A stretch of DNA of 64,000 bases from an uncultured Actinomycetota bacterium. GTDB taxonomy: Bacteria > Actinomycetota > Actinomycetes > Mycobacteriales > Mycobacteriaceae. Position numbers and translations under genes: made by a program. The stretch lies in assembly GCA_963707745.1 (NCBI GenBank), contig CAVPRG010000002.1, positions 8,833 to 72,832 on the forward strand, written 5' to 3'. Every line of letters starts with the position of its first letter. Positions within the stretch are counted from its first letter, which is position 1. This document shows, piece after piece, positions 1 to 10,777 of this stretch. A model generated the notes under the pieces. The model ran no database searches and was not told where the DNA came from. It worked only from the letters and a program-made list of their open reading frames with translations.

Positions 1-1
1 C

Positions 2-628
2 AACGGCCTGGTGGTCAGCAAGCTCGGTGTAGCGCCCTTCGTCGCCACGCTGGGCACACTCACTGCGGGCTCGGGTATCGCCTATGTGATCGGCGGCGGC
101 GCACCCATCAACGGCCTGCCGGTCGAGTGGGGCAAGATCGCCAACACCGAGGTGCTCGGCGTGCGGGTTCCCGTGCTGATCATGATCGCCGGCTTCGTCA
201 TCTCCTACCTCGTGCTCCGCAAGACCTCGTTCGGCCTGCGCGTCTACGCCGTCGGCGGCAACCGCACCGCGGCCGATGTCGCCGGCGTGAAGTCCGGGCA
301 GATCCTGATCGCCGTCTACGTGCTCAGCGGCGCCCTGGCCGGGCTGTCGGGCGTCATCCTCTCCTCGCGTGTCATCTCCGGACCGCCGAACCTGGGTTCC
401 GGTTACGAACTGGCCGCCATCGCCGCCGTCGTCATCGGTGGCGCAAGCTTGCTCGGCGGCCGCGGATCGGTGTGGGGGACCCTGTTGGGCCTGTTGCTGA
501 TCCAGACCCTCAACAACGGCCTCGACATCCTGGTGGTCCCCGCCTACTGGCAGAAGGTGATCAGCGGCGTGCTCATCGTCGCCGCCGTCGCGGTCGACGT
601 GTGGGCCGTTCGCCGCCGAAGCAGCTGA
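2..628 (+). CDS. Sugar ABC transporter permease (RbsC/AraH-type), 5' end cut by the window edge
   Basis: Frame is open from the window start. Hydrophobic multi-TM translation with GGASLLGGRGSVWGTLLGLLLIQTLNNGL, typical of monosaccharide ABC permeases. A sugar-binding lipoprotein gene follows 4 nt downstream. Confidence 0.85.
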   Translation, partial: NGLVVSKLGVAPFVATLGTLTAGSGIAYVIGGGAPINGLPVEWGKIANTEVLGVRVPVLIMIAGFVISYLVLRKTSFGLRVYAVGGNRTAADVAGVKSGQILIAVYVLSGALAGLSGVILSSRVISGPPNLGSGYELAAIAAVVIGGASLLGGRGSVWGTLLGLLLIQTLNNGLDILVVPAYWQKVISGVLIVAAVAVDVWAVRRRSS

Positions 629-676
629 ACATTGATCGAAACATCAACCGCACCAACGAAAGAAAGGCACCACCTC

Positions 677-1732
677 ATGATTCCCAGATTCGTCCGCCGG
701 CTGTGGCTAGCGGTGATCCCATTGCTGATGGTGGTCCTGGCCGCCTGCGGTGCCGGTGACCCCAACGCAAACAAGGACACCGGCGAGAAGCAGCTTCGCG
801 TCGGCGTCACGGTCTACGACATGTCCTCGTTCATCACACAGGGCCAGGAGGGTATGCAGGCGTTCGCCAAGGACAACAACGTCGAACTGCTGTGGAACTC
901 GGCCAACGGTGACGTCGCCACCCAGGCGAGTCAGGTCGACCAGCTGATCAACCAGCAGGTCGACGCCATTATCATCGTGCCGGTGCAGGCGGATTCCCTT
1001 GCGCCGCAGATGGCTTCGGCCAAGGCTGCCAATATTCCGGTGATCGCCGTGAACACCGCGCTATCCGATTCGGGGGCACTGGCGTCCTCGGTGCTGCCCG
1101 ACGACGTCGCGGCAGGCGCGCAGGAGATGCAGATGATGGCCGACAAGCTCGGCGGTAAGGGCAACATCGTCGTGCTGCAGGGCCCGCTGGGTTCGTCACC
1201 GGAACTGGACCGCACCAAGGGCATCAACGACACGCTGGCCAAGTACCCGGACATCAAGATCCTGGCCATGGACACGGCCAACTGGAAGCGTGACGAAGCC
1301 GTCAACAAGGTGAAGAACTGGCTGTCGAGCTTCGGCGACCAGATCAACGGCATCGTGTCGGAGAACGACGACATGGGACTCGGTGCGGTGCAAGCACTTT
1401 CCGAGGCCGGCAAGTCGATTCCGGTGGTCGGCATCGACGGCATCCAGGACGGTCTGGCGGCCGTGAAGGACGGCAAGTTCATCGGCACCTCGCTGCAGCA
1501 CGGCCGGGTGGAGATGGCCGAGGGTCTCGCCGTTGCGCAGAAGGCTGCCAACGGTGAGCCCATCGAGAAGAGCTACACCTACAAGATGCCTCCGATCACG
1601 CCGGAGAACGTCGACGTGTTCTACAAGAACGTCGTCACCGACAAGGACGCGTTCCTCAAGCAACTGCCGGCGCTGATCGCGCAGAACCTGGCATCGGGCG
1701 ACCTGTCGAACGAGCAACTCAAGCAGTCCTGA
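677..1732 (+). CDS. Sugar ABC transporter substrate-binding lipoprotein (periplasmic binding protein type I)
   Basis: ORF 632..1732. The likely start is [24 protein letters not shown], a signal peptide with an LAAC lipobox. The body resembles ribose/galactose-binding proteins ([35 protein letters not shown]). Confidence 0.85.
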   Translation: MIPRFVRRLWLAVIPLLMVVLAACGAGDPNANKDTGEKQLRVGVTVYDMSSFITQGQEGMQAFAKDNNVELLWNSANGDVATQASQVDQLINQQVDAIIIVPVQADSLAPQMASAKAANIPVIAVNTALSDSGALASSVLPDDVAAGAQEMQMMADKLGGKGNIVVLQGPLGSSPELDRTKGINDTLAKYPDIKILAMDTANWKRDEAVNKVKNWLSSFGDQINGIVSENDDMGLGAVQALSEAGKSIPVVGIDGIQDGLAAVKDGKFIGTSLQHGRVEMAEGLAVAQKAANGEPIEKSYTYKMPPITPENVDVFYKNVVTDKDAFLKQLPALIAQNLASGDLSNEQLKQS

Positions 1733-1812
1733 CAGCGAGCACAGCCTAAGGTGCGGAAGGGGCGTGATGCGCGTCCCTTCCGCACCTACCGCACCGAGGA
1801 GAGGAAGTCCGT

Positions 1813-2652
1813 ATGCCCAACTCAGCGGGCGTCGGTCGGCTGCGGCGGGACGGGCATCCCGAGCCGCCCGCGGGTCCGAACGAGCGGCGCGCCGCGATCC
1901 TCGAAATGGTCATGGCCGCCGGCTCGGTGAAGATCGAGGACCTCCCCGACGCCTTCGGGGTGAGCCTGATGACGGTGCACCGCGACCTCGACACCCTGGC
2001 CGCCCAGGGGCTGATCCGCAAGACCCGCGGCGTGGCGACCGCGATGCCGAGCACACTGTCGGAAGCCAGCACCGAGTACCGGTCGCGGCAAAACGTCGCG
2101 GACAAGTACGCGGTGGCCAACGCGGCCCTGCAGATGATCGAACCGGGCCAATCGGTCATCCTGGACGACTCCACCACCGGGCTGCACCTGGTCAGCCAGC
2201 TCGCGAACCGGCAGCCGCTGACGGTCATCACGAACTTCCAGTCCGCGCTGGACCAACTGCTCAACCAGCCCGGCCTGAACGTCATCGCGCTAGGCGGGCA
2301 GTACTACCCGTGGTGCCGGGCCTACATGGGGTCATTGACGCTCGACGCACTGCGCAGCATCCGTGCCGACGTGTTCATCATGTCCACGTCGGCCGTTACC
2401 GACGGCATCTGCTTCCACCAGCACCACGACACCGTCCTGGTCAAGCGTGCCATGTTCGAGTCGGCCCGCACGCGGATCGCTTACCTCGACCATTCGAAGT
2501 TCGAACGCCGCGCGCTGCATGCACTCGGCCCGCTCAGCGACTTCGACACGGTGATCGTCGACAGCCGCACCTCCGAGGACCACATCCGCAGCCTGCGGCT
2601 GGACGGCGTCAATGTCGTGGTGGCACAAGACATCGGACCGTCTGCGCTTTAG
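1813..2652 (+). CDS. DeoR-family transcriptional regulator
   Basis: N-terminal HTH (ERRAAILEMVMAAGSVKIEDLPDAFGVSLMTVHRDLDTLAAQGLIRKTRG) followed by a DeoR C-terminal sugar-phosphate sensor domain. Confidence 0.9.
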   Translation: MPNSAGVGRLRRDGHPEPPAGPNERRAAILEMVMAAGSVKIEDLPDAFGVSLMTVHRDLDTLAAQGLIRKTRGVATAMPSTLSEASTEYRSRQNVADKYAVANAALQMIEPGQSVILDDSTTGLHLVSQLANRQPLTVITNFQSALDQLLNQPGLNVIALGGQYYPWCRAYMGSLTLDALRSIRADVFIMSTSAVTDGICFHQHHDTVLVKRAMFESARTRIAYLDHSKFERRALHALGPLSDFDTVIVDSRTSEDHIRSLRLDGVNVVVAQDIGPSAL

Positions 2653-2669
2653 GCGAGTGGACGGCGGCG

Positions 2670-3224
2670 CTAGTCCGGGAAGTCCAGCGGGATCCTCAGC
2701 GTCTCGATCGTCGCCGCGAGACCGTCGTATTGTGCTGCGAGCATGCAGAATTCGATGAGCTGGCGACGGTCGTAGTGGTTGCTCATCGCCGCCCAGGTCT
2801 CCGATGACATCGAGCGGGTGATGACGAACTCGTCGGTTGCGGTGATCAAGGTCCGCTGCCGATCGGTGAGGCCTTCAGCATCGGGACCTTCGAAGATCCT
2901 GGCTTGCATTTCGGCGTCGATGCCGCGCGTCCTGGCCAACCTGCGGTGCTGCTGAAGTTCGTATTCGCAGTTGCGGAGGTGCCCGACGCGCAGGATCACC
3001 ACCTCCGCGTCCTTGCGGGACAGCTTTCCGAATCTGAGCAGGACGAGCGAGAACGGGCCCCACAACAGAAACAGCAGCCTGTGCCGGCCCAGCACGCCGA
3101 ACAAGCTGAACCTCGGCGCGCGGATCACGCGGGCGCCGACTTTGGCGATCACCCAGTTGAGCGGGCCCAACTCGCGGAAGTCGCCGGGCGGAATGCGGGC
3201 GGGTGTCGTTTCGGGAGCGCTCAT
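2670..3224 (-). CDS. Carboxymuconolactone decarboxylase (AhpD-like) family protein
   Basis: ORF 2670..3290. The probable start is MSAPETTP at 3224. The translation contains RVGHLRNCEYELQQHRRLA, typical of CMD-family proteins. Confidence 0.75.
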   Translation of the reverse strand: MSAPETTPARIPPGDFRELGPLNWVIAKVGARVIRAPRFSLFGVLGRHRLLFLLWGPFSLVLLRFGKLSRKDAEVVILRVGHLRNCEYELQQHRRLARTRGIDAEMQARIFEGPDAEGLTDRQRTLITATDEFVITRSMSSETWAAMSNHYDRRQLIEFCMLAAQYDGLAATIETLRIPLDFPD

Positions 3225-3234
3225 CCCCGCGAGT

Positions 3235-4650
3235 CTAGGTCTGCTTGACCAGGTAGGGAGACACCGTGCTGCGGTGTTCGTCGAGATCAAGCGCGCGGCC
3301 TAGGGCGGGGAAGGCGCGCTGCGGGCAGTTGTCGCGTTCGCACACGCGGCATCCGGCGCCGATGGGCGTGGCGACCTCACCCGACAAGTCGAGGCCTTCG
3401 GAATAGACGAGCCGGTGTGCGTGCCGCAGCTCGCACCCGAGCCCGATCGCGAACGTCTTGCTGGGCTGGCCGTACCGCGACGCGCGCCGTTCGACGCTGC
3501 GGGCCACCCACATGTAGTGCCTGCCGTCGGGCATCTGCGCGATCTGCACGAGGATCTTGCCGGGGTTGGCGAATGTCTCGTAGACGTTCCACAGCGGACA
3601 GGTACCGCCGCTGGACGAGAAGTGAAAACCCGTGGCGGACTGTCGCTTCGACATGTTTCCTGCACGGTCGACCCGCACGAACGAGAGCGGTACCCCTCGC
3701 GCGGAGGGGCGCTGCAACGTCGAGAGCCGGTGCGCGATCGTCTCGTAGCTCACCGAGTAGAACGCCGACAGCCGCTCCACGTCGTAGCGGAAGCTCTCGG
3801 CGACGTCGTGGAACTGGCGGTACGGCAGTACGGTCGCCGCAGCGAAGTAGTTGGCCAGCCCCAGCCGGGCCAGGGTGCGCGACTCGTCGCTGGTGAACGT
3901 ACCGACTTCGACGAGGCTGTCGATCAGGTCGCCGTACTCCAGGTACGCCAGTTCGGTGGCGAGCCTGAACACGTACTGGCCGGAGGACAGGTGCCCGCCG
4001 ATCTCCAACGTCTTCGTCTCGGGGTCGAACCGGTGCAGCAGGGTATCGCCTAGGTCGGTGCGTTTGACGATGCGGACGCCGTGTACCGCAGTGAGCCGGT
4101 CGGACAGGTCTCGCGCCAAATCGGCGCGGTGCATCCGCATGCGGACGGTGAGTTCCTCGGCGGCGGTGTCGAGTTCGTGCAGATAGTTTTGCCGTTCGTA
4201 GAAGTAGTCGCGGACCTCCTCGTGCGGCATCGTGATCGAGCCGCTGCCGCTGGCGTCGGAGTAGCGTCCCTCGGTCGCCGCCGCCAGCTGGGTGGTGGTC
4301 AGGCGGTAGCGCCGGTGCAGGTTGACCATGGCTCTGGCGAGCGTGGGATGGGTGCTGACGATGTCCGCGAGCTCGGTCTGGTCCACGTCGATGCCGAGGT
4401 CGCGATCCATCGTGACCTCTCGGAGTTCGGCGACCAGTCGGGTGTCGTCGTGGGGCGCGAAGAACGTGGCGTCGACGCCGAACACCTCGGTGATGCGAAG
4501 CAGCACCGCGACGGTCAACGGGCGCACGTCGTGCTCGATCTGGTTGAGGTAGCTCGGGGAGATGTCGAGCATCTGCGCCAGCGCGGCCTGGCTGAAGCCC
4601 CGTTCGCTTCGAAGCTGGCGTACCCGCGATCCGACGAAGGTCTTGGCCAC
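3235..4650 (-). CDS. ramB: XRE-family regulator with C-terminal ImmA/IrrE-like domain, RamB (Rv0465c-like)
   Basis: 471 aa. N-terminal HTH (VGSRVRQLRSERGFSQAALAQMLDISPSYLNQIEHD), long C-terminal domain with a terminal Cys cluster. It sits upstream of icl as in M. tuberculosis. Confidence 0.9.
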   Translation of the reverse strand: MAKTFVGSRVRQLRSERGFSQAALAQMLDISPSYLNQIEHDVRPLTVAVLLRITEVFGVDATFFAPHDDTRLVAELREVTMDRDLGIDVDQTELADIVSTHPTLARAMVNLHRRYRLTTTQLAAATEGRYSDASGSGSITMPHEEVRDYFYERQNYLHELDTAAEELTVRMRMHRADLARDLSDRLTAVHGVRIVKRTDLGDTLLHRFDPETKTLEIGGHLSSGQYVFRLATELAYLEYGDLIDSLVEVGTFTSDESRTLARLGLANYFAAATVLPYRQFHDVAESFRYDVERLSAFYSVSYETIAHRLSTLQRPSARGVPLSFVRVDRAGNMSKRQSATGFHFSSSGGTCPLWNVYETFANPGKILVQIAQMPDGRHYMWVARSVERRASRYGQPSKTFAIGLGCELRHAHRLVYSEGLDLSGEVATPIGAGCRVCERDNCPQRAFPALGRALDLDEHRSTVSPYLVKQT

Positions 4651-4668
4651 GTCAGAAGCATAACGAGA

Positions 4669-4689
4669 CTGCGAAGACGTACTTCGCAG
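4669..4689. promoter_or_regulatory. 8-bp perfect inverted repeat CTGCGAAG-N5-CTTCGCAG just upstream of the ramB start
   Basis: Read directly from the sequence. It lies 19 nt upstream of the ramB start codon, inside the ramB/thioesterase divergent spacer. Confidence 0.35.
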
Positions 4690-4777
4690 CGTTGGCAGTT
4701 CCCGGGCTGTGGCAGTATCACGAACCGTGAGCAGCAGTGTTCAGGTCAGGGGCTCGGCGACGGGCCTGGCCAAGTCG

Positions 4778-5557
4778 ATGATGCCCGTTCCCGATCCGCA
4801 CCCCGACGTGTTCGACGTCCAGTGGCCGCTGCGGGTTGCCGACGTCGACCGAGAGGGCCGGCTGAAGTTCGACGCCGCGACTCGGCACATTCAGGACATC
4901 GGCTCGGACCAGTTGCGTGAGATGGGGTTCGAGGAGACCCATCCGCTGTGGATCGTGCGCCGGACGATGATCGACATGATCAGGCCCATCGAGTTCAAGG
5001 ACATGCTGCGGCTGCGGCGCTGGTGTTCGGGGACCTCAAACCGGTGGTGCGAGATGCGGGTACGCATAGATGGGGTGCGCAGGGTCGGGCTCATCGAATC
5101 CGAAGCGTTCTGGATCAACATCAACCGCGAGACGCAGGGACCGGCGCGGATCTCCGATGACTTCATCTCCGGGCTGCAGCGCACCACCGACGTCGATCGG
5201 TTGAGGTGGAAGGCCTACTTGAAGGCGGGCAGCCGCGATGACGCCGACGACATCCGCGCCTACCCCGTCCGCGTCAGCGACATCGACATCTTCGACCACA
5301 TGAACAATTCGGTCTACTGGAGCGTGGTCGAGGAGTACCTCAACACCCAGCCCGAACTGAGGGCCGGACCCTTGCGCGTGACCATCGAGCACGATCTTCC
5401 GGTCGCCTTGGGGGACCAGTTGGAGATCATCAAACACGTGTATCCGGCGGGATCCACCGACAAGTTCGGGGCCGAACTCACCGATCGCGTTGTTACAACG
5501 CTCACATATGTGGTCGGCGACGAGACGAAAGCAGTCGCCAGCATCTTCTCGCTCTGA
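4778..5557 (+). CDS. Acyl-ACP thioesterase family protein (Rv0466-like)
   Basis: ORF 4709..5557, with a likely start at MMPVPDPHPDVF. Acyl-ACP thioesterase-like translation (WPLRVADVDREGRLKFDAATRHIQD, WIVRRTMIDM). Synteny between ramB and icl supports the call. Confidence 0.85.
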   Translation: MMPVPDPHPDVFDVQWPLRVADVDREGRLKFDAATRHIQDIGSDQLREMGFEETHPLWIVRRTMIDMIRPIEFKDMLRLRRWCSGTSNRWCEMRVRIDGVRRVGLIESEAFWININRETQGPARISDDFISGLQRTTDVDRLRWKAYLKAGSRDDADDIRAYPVRVSDIDIFDHMNNSVYWSVVEEYLNTQPELRAGPLRVTIEHDLPVALGDQLEIIKHVYPAGSTDKFGAELTDRVVTTLTYVVGDETKAVASIFSL

Positions 5558-5640
5558 ACCGAGCGGTTTAACAGTACGACCGTACTGACCTGCGAATATC
5601 GTTACTGAGCGGTAACTTCTGAACCGTTTCAGCCACAGAT

Positions 5641-5662
5641 CACCTTTGCAATCTTTGCAGGT
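5641..5662. promoter_or_regulatory. Candidate RamB/PrpR-type operator (two TTTGCA motifs) in the AT-rich icl upstream region
   Basis: The sequence CACCTTTGCAATCTTTGCAGGT lies about 160 nt upstream of the icl start. It resembles the corynebacterial RamB box (A/GAACTTTGCAAA) and the PrpR TTTGCAAA core. Confidence 0.4.
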
Positions 5663-5821
5663 TAACGATTGGTGTTGGCAAAAAATGGCATGAGAAACGA
5701 GTGGACCTGCAGATATGCGGTGGTGCATCCTCGTAGTTAGCAGAGAAGCGAAGCTGCGTCGGCGTTAACAAGTCAAGTTCATGCATGACGCCCGCAGCGA
5801 CTCGAACCGAAGGAGCCCACA

Positions 5822-7108
5822 TTGTCCACCGTTGGCACGCCGAAGAGCCCCGAGCAGATCCAGCACGACTGGGACCACAACCCGCGATGGAAGGGCATCA
5901 CCCGCACTTACACCCCCAAGGACGTCGTCGCCCTGCAGGGACACGTGGTCGAGGAGAGCACGCTCGCCCGCCGCGGCGCGGAGGTGCTCTGGGAGCAGCT
6001 CCACGACATGGACTACGTCAACTCCCTGGGCGCGCTGACCGGCAACCAGGCCGTTCAGCAGGTCCGCGCCGGCCTCAAGGCCATCTACCTGTCGGGTTGG
6101 CAGGTCGCCGGTGACGCGAACCTGTCCGGCCACACCTACCCGGACCAGAGCCTGTACCCGGCCAACTCGGTGCCGCAGGTGATCCGCCGCATCAACAACG
6201 CCCTGCTGCGCGCCGACCAGATCGCCAAGGTCGAGGGTGACCGCTCGGTCGAGAACTGGCTCGCTCCGATCGTCGCCGACGGTGAAGCCGGCTTCGGTGG
6301 CGCACTGAACGTCTACGAGCTGCAGAAGGCGATGATCGCCGCCGGTGTCGCCGGTTCGCACTGGGAGGACCAGCTGGCCTCGGAGAAGAAGTGCGGCCAC
6401 CTCGGCGGCAAGGTGCTGATCCCCACCCAGCAGCACATCCGCACCCTGACCTCGGCCCGGCTGGCGGCCGATGTCGCCGACGTCCCGACGGTCGTCATCG
6501 CCCGCACCGATGCCGAGGCAGCCACGCTGATCACCTCGGACGTCGACGAGCGCGATCAGCCGTTCATCACCGGTGAGCGGACCAAGGAAGGCTTCTACCG
6601 GGTCCGCAACGGCCTCGAGCCCTGCATCGCCCGCGCCAAGTCCTACGCGCCGTACTCCGACCTGATCTGGATGGAGACCGGCACCCCGGACCTGGAGCTG
6701 GCCAAGAAGTTCGCCGAGGGCGTCAAGAGCGAGTTCCCGGACCAGATGCTGGCCTACAACTGCTCGCCGTCGTTCAACTGGAAGCAGCACCTGGACGACG
6801 CGACCATCGCGAAGTTCCAGAACGAGCTCGGCGCGATGGGCTTCAAGTTCCAGTTCATCACGCTGGCCGGCTTCCACGCCCTGAACTACTCGATGTTCGA
6901 TCTGGCCTATGGCTACGCCCGCAACCAGATGACCGCCTACGTCGACCTGCAGGAGCGCGAGTTCGCCGCCGAGGAGCGCGGTTATACCGCCACGAAGCAC
7001 CAGCGCGAGGTCGGCGCCGGCTACTTCGACCGGATCGCCACCACGGTTGATCCGACCTCGTCGACCACCGCGCTCGCGGGCTCGACCGAAGAGGGTCAGT
7101 TCCACTGA
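5822..7108 (+). CDS. icl: Isocitrate lyase
   Basis: 428 aa, near-collinear with mycobacterial Icl1 ([30 protein letters not shown]; catalytic KKCGHLGGK). TTG start. Confidence 0.97.
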   Translation: MSTVGTPKSPEQIQHDWDHNPRWKGITRTYTPKDVVALQGHVVEESTLARRGAEVLWEQLHDMDYVNSLGALTGNQAVQQVRAGLKAIYLSGWQVAGDANLSGHTYPDQSLYPANSVPQVIRRINNALLRADQIAKVEGDRSVENWLAPIVADGEAGFGGALNVYELQKAMIAAGVAGSHWEDQLASEKKCGHLGGKVLIPTQQHIRTLTSARLAADVADVPTVVIARTDAEAATLITSDVDERDQPFITGERTKEGFYRVRNGLEPCIARAKSYAPYSDLIWMETGTPDLELAKKFAEGVKSEFPDQMLAYNCSPSFNWKQHLDDATIAKFQNELGAMGFKFQFITLAGFHALNYSMFDLAYGYARNQMTAYVDLQEREFAAEERGYTATKHQREVGAGYFDRIATTVDPTSSTTALAGSTEEGQFH

Positions 7109-7166
7109 GCGCACACAATTTGAGCCGGCGAGCCTGAGACAGTAGCTTGGCGGCTTGACAGCACAG

Positions 7167-7193
7167 GCCCCGCCCAGAAGCCCTGGGCGGGGC
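7167..7193 (+). terminator. GC-rich hairpin downstream of icl (candidate intrinsic terminator)
   Basis: GCCCCGCCCAG-aagcc-CTGGGCGGGGC forms an 11-bp perfect stem with a 5-nt loop, 59 nt after the icl stop. There is no clear U-tract, which is common in mycobacteria. Confidence 0.6.
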
Positions 7194-7221
7194 TGGCGCT
7201 ATCTGGAGAGGAAGATCTGCA

Positions 7222-8082
7222 GTGAGCAATTCCATTGAGCGGGTGGGCGTCATCGGCGCCGGACAGATGGGCGCGGGCATCGCCGAGGTTTCGGTGCGGG
7301 CAGGCGTCGACGTGCTGGTCTTCGAACCCACCGAGGCGCTGGCCACCGCGGGCGAGGCACGGATCACCGCGTCGCTGGCGCGCGGGGTCAGCAAGGGCAA
7401 GATCACCGAGGGTGAACGCGACGTCGCCCTTGCGAAGCTGAAGTTCACCACCAGCCTGGCCGACCTGTCGGATCGTCAGCTGGTGATCGAGGCGATCGTC
7501 GAGGACGAGGCCGCGAAGGCGAAGGTGTTCGCCGAACTCGATGAGATCATCACCGACCCCGACGCCGTGCTGGCGTCCAACACGTCGAGCATCCCGATCA
7601 TGAAGATCGCCGCGGCCACCAAGAATCCGGGCCGGGTGCTGGGCCTGCACTTCTTCAACCCGGTGCCGGTGCTACCGCTGGTCGAACTGGTCAGCACGCT
7701 CGTCACCACCGATGAGGCCGTGGCACGCACCGAGCAGTTCGCGAGCGCCGTGCTGGGCAAGCAGGTGGTGCGCTGCTCGGACCGCTCCGGGTTCGTCGTC
7801 AATGCCCTGCTGGTGCCCTACCTGTTGTCGGCCATCCGGATGGCGGAGGCCGGCGTCGCCACGGTGGAGGACATCGACACCGCCGTGGTCGCCGGTTTGT
7901 CGCACCCGATGGGGCCGCTGCGGTTGTCCGACCTCATCGGTTTGGACACCTTGAAGCTGATCGCGGACAAGATGTTCGATGAGTTCAAGGAGCCGCTGTA
8001 CGGGCCGCCGCCGCTGCTGCAACGCATGGTCGAGGCGGGCCTGCTCGGAAAGAAGTCGGGCAAGGGCTTTTACGAGTACTGA
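7222..8082 (+). CDS. fadB2: 3-hydroxybutyryl-CoA dehydrogenase
   Basis: 286 aa with the GAGQMGAGIA Rossmann motif and a 3-hydroxyacyl-CoA dehydrogenase C-terminal domain. It follows icl as Rv0468 does. Confidence 0.93.
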   Translation: MSNSIERVGVIGAGQMGAGIAEVSVRAGVDVLVFEPTEALATAGEARITASLARGVSKGKITEGERDVALAKLKFTTSLADLSDRQLVIEAIVEDEAAKAKVFAELDEIITDPDAVLASNTSSIPIMKIAAATKNPGRVLGLHFFNPVPVLPLVELVSTLVTTDEAVARTEQFASAVLGKQVVRCSDRSGFVVNALLVPYLLSAIRMAEAGVATVEDIDTAVVAGLSHPMGPLRLSDLIGLDTLKLIADKMFDEFKEPLYGPPPLLQRMVEAGLLGKKSGKGFYEY

Positions 8083-8124
8083 CGACGGTGTGTTGGCCAG
8101 TGCTGACGACGGCGTGTTGGCTAG
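8079..8124 (+). repeat. Tandem 24-bp-period duplication of the fadB2 3' end, including its stop codon
   Basis: CTGACGACGGTGTGTTGGCCAG (8079-8100) and CTGACGACGGCGTGTTGGCTAG (8103-8124) match at 20 of 22 positions. Confidence 0.8.
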
Positions 8125-8143
8125 AATCTTGTTCTTTAGCTAG

Positions 8144-9136
<993 letters not shown>

Positions 9137-9139
9137 GCG

Positions 9140-10019
9140 TCACGCCTTCGCAAGCCGTTTCTTCTCCGTTTTGACATCGAAATCGGCTGGGGGCCAGGAC
9201 AAGTCGAGTTGCTTGAGCGCCTCGATCAGCAGTTCGGTAATGGCCAACCGGCTGTACCACTTGCGGTCGCAGGGAACGACGTGCCACGGCGCGTACTCGG
9301 TCGAGGTCTTGTCGAGCACGGCCTGGTAGGCCTCCTGGTACTTCGGCCACAGCAGCCGCTCGTCGATGTCGGCCGGGTTGTACTTCCAGTACTTGTCGGG
9401 CCGCTCGAGCCGTTCGGCCAGCCGCGCCTTCTGTTCGTCGAGCGATACGAACATCGCGACCTTGACGATAGACGTGCCGCCGTCGACCAGTTCCTTCTCG
9501 AACGCGTTGATCTCGTCGTACCTCGCTCCCCACACCTCGGGTGGCACCAGGTCGTGCACACGCACGATCAGCACGTCCTCGTAGTGCGAGCGGTCGAATA
9601 CGCCGACGTGACCGGCCGCCGGCAGCGCGTTGCGGATCCGCCACAGGTAGTGATGGGCCAGTTCCTCCTCCGTGGGCTTGCCGAAGCTGGTGTATCGGAT
9701 GCCCTGTGGATTAGCGGCTCCCACAACGTGTTTGACGATACCGCCCTTGCCCGCGGTATCCATGCCCTGCAGCACCAGCAGGACGGATCGCGTCTCCCCC
9801 GAGCGGCTGTTCGCATATAACATCTCCTGCAACTCGGCGAAGCGCTCGTTGCGTTCGGCCTGCAGCTCGGGAGCGTCGCTCTTGGAGCCCTTGAATCCGG
9901 GGGTGGCAGTTCGTCTTGATGTCCGACACCTTGTCGCCCGCCTTGAACTCGAGGTGAACGTGGGGCTCGTGGGTCCACAGCGACGGCAGCTCAGATGGTT
10001 CGGTCATCCGTTCAGTCAA
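9140..10019 (-). pseudogene. Polyphosphate kinase 2 (PPK2) family gene, reading frame broken at a C5 run
   Basis: The N-terminal 40 codons (ORF 9711..10019: MTERMTEPSELPSLW...KTNCHP) and the body (ORF 9140..9832 and its in-frame upstream extension PGFKGSKSDAPELQAERNERFAELQEMLYAN...MDTAGKGG) are in different frames. They join at CCACCCCCGG (plus-strand G5, 9899-9903). Confidence 0.8.
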
Positions 10020-10716
10020 GCAGTTGGGGTGGCAGCACCGGCGACGGATGCGGCATCGAGTTGAACTTGTCCAGCGACCCGCCCACCTCGACGATGCCGC
10101 GCAACGCGTTCCACGACAGCATCGTCAGGTAGTCGATCAGCTCGTCGGCACTCATCCGCGGGTTCGACATCCACGCGTGCGTCGCCAGCTGCACCCCGCC
10201 GACGATCATGAACGCCCACGGGCCGGCGCCGTGGGTGTCCATGCCCTCGTGCGCCATCCGGCGGCGCAGCATCACGCCGAGCATGCGCGCGATGATTTGC
10301 TCGGACTCCGCGACGGCCTTGCTCTTGCTCGCCGAGCTGTTCGCCATCACGAACGGGTAGATCTCCGGCTCGGCGGCGACGGTCTCGACGTACACACGGA
10401 TGATCTCGCGGGTCAGGTCGTAGCCGTCCAGGTTCGACGACAGCGCGGCGGCCATGTTGGGGATGAGCGTGGTCTGCGCGAAGCGCATCATCACCGCGGT
10501 CGTCAGATCGTTCTTGTCGACGAAGTAGCGGTACAGCACGGTCTTCGAGACGCCGATCTCGGCGGCGATCTCGTCCATGCTCACGTTGCTGCCACGTTGA
10601 CGGATGGCCTCTAGGGTGCCGTCGACCAACTCGTTGCGTCGGTCGACTTTGTGCTGGTGCCAGCGCCGCTTGCGCCCATCGGTCTTCACTGCGCCGGCAG
10701 GGGTCTGTTGTGCCAC
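10012..10716 (-). CDS. TetR-family transcriptional regulator (Rv0472c-like)
   Basis: HTH segment LVDGTLEAIRQRGSNVSMDEIAAEIGVSKTVLYRYFVDKNDL. Divergent from the DUF445 gene, as in H37Rv. Confidence 0.88.
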   Translation of the reverse strand: MAQQTPAGAVKTDGRKRRWHQHKVDRRNELVDGTLEAIRQRGSNVSMDEIAAEIGVSKTVLYRYFVDKNDLTTAVMMRFAQTTLIPNMAAALSSNLDGYDLTREIIRVYVETVAAEPEIYPFVMANSSASKSKAVAESEQIIARMLGVMLRRRMAHEGMDTHGAGPWAFMIVGGVQLATHAWMSNPRMSADELIDYLTMLSWNALRGIVEVGGSLDKFNSMPHPSPVLPPQLLD

Positions 10717-10777
10717 TTTCGCCGTGTCCCGTTCCCTAGTTCCCTTGATAGTACGGTGAAACTCGGCCGCCGCCGCG

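Noticed and set aside
5765-7114. 449-aa ORF antisense to icl
   Set aside because: It mirrors a strongly supported gene. The translation is Arg/Gly/Leu/Val-rich and low-complexity, as is typical of stop-poor antisense frames in high-GC DNA.
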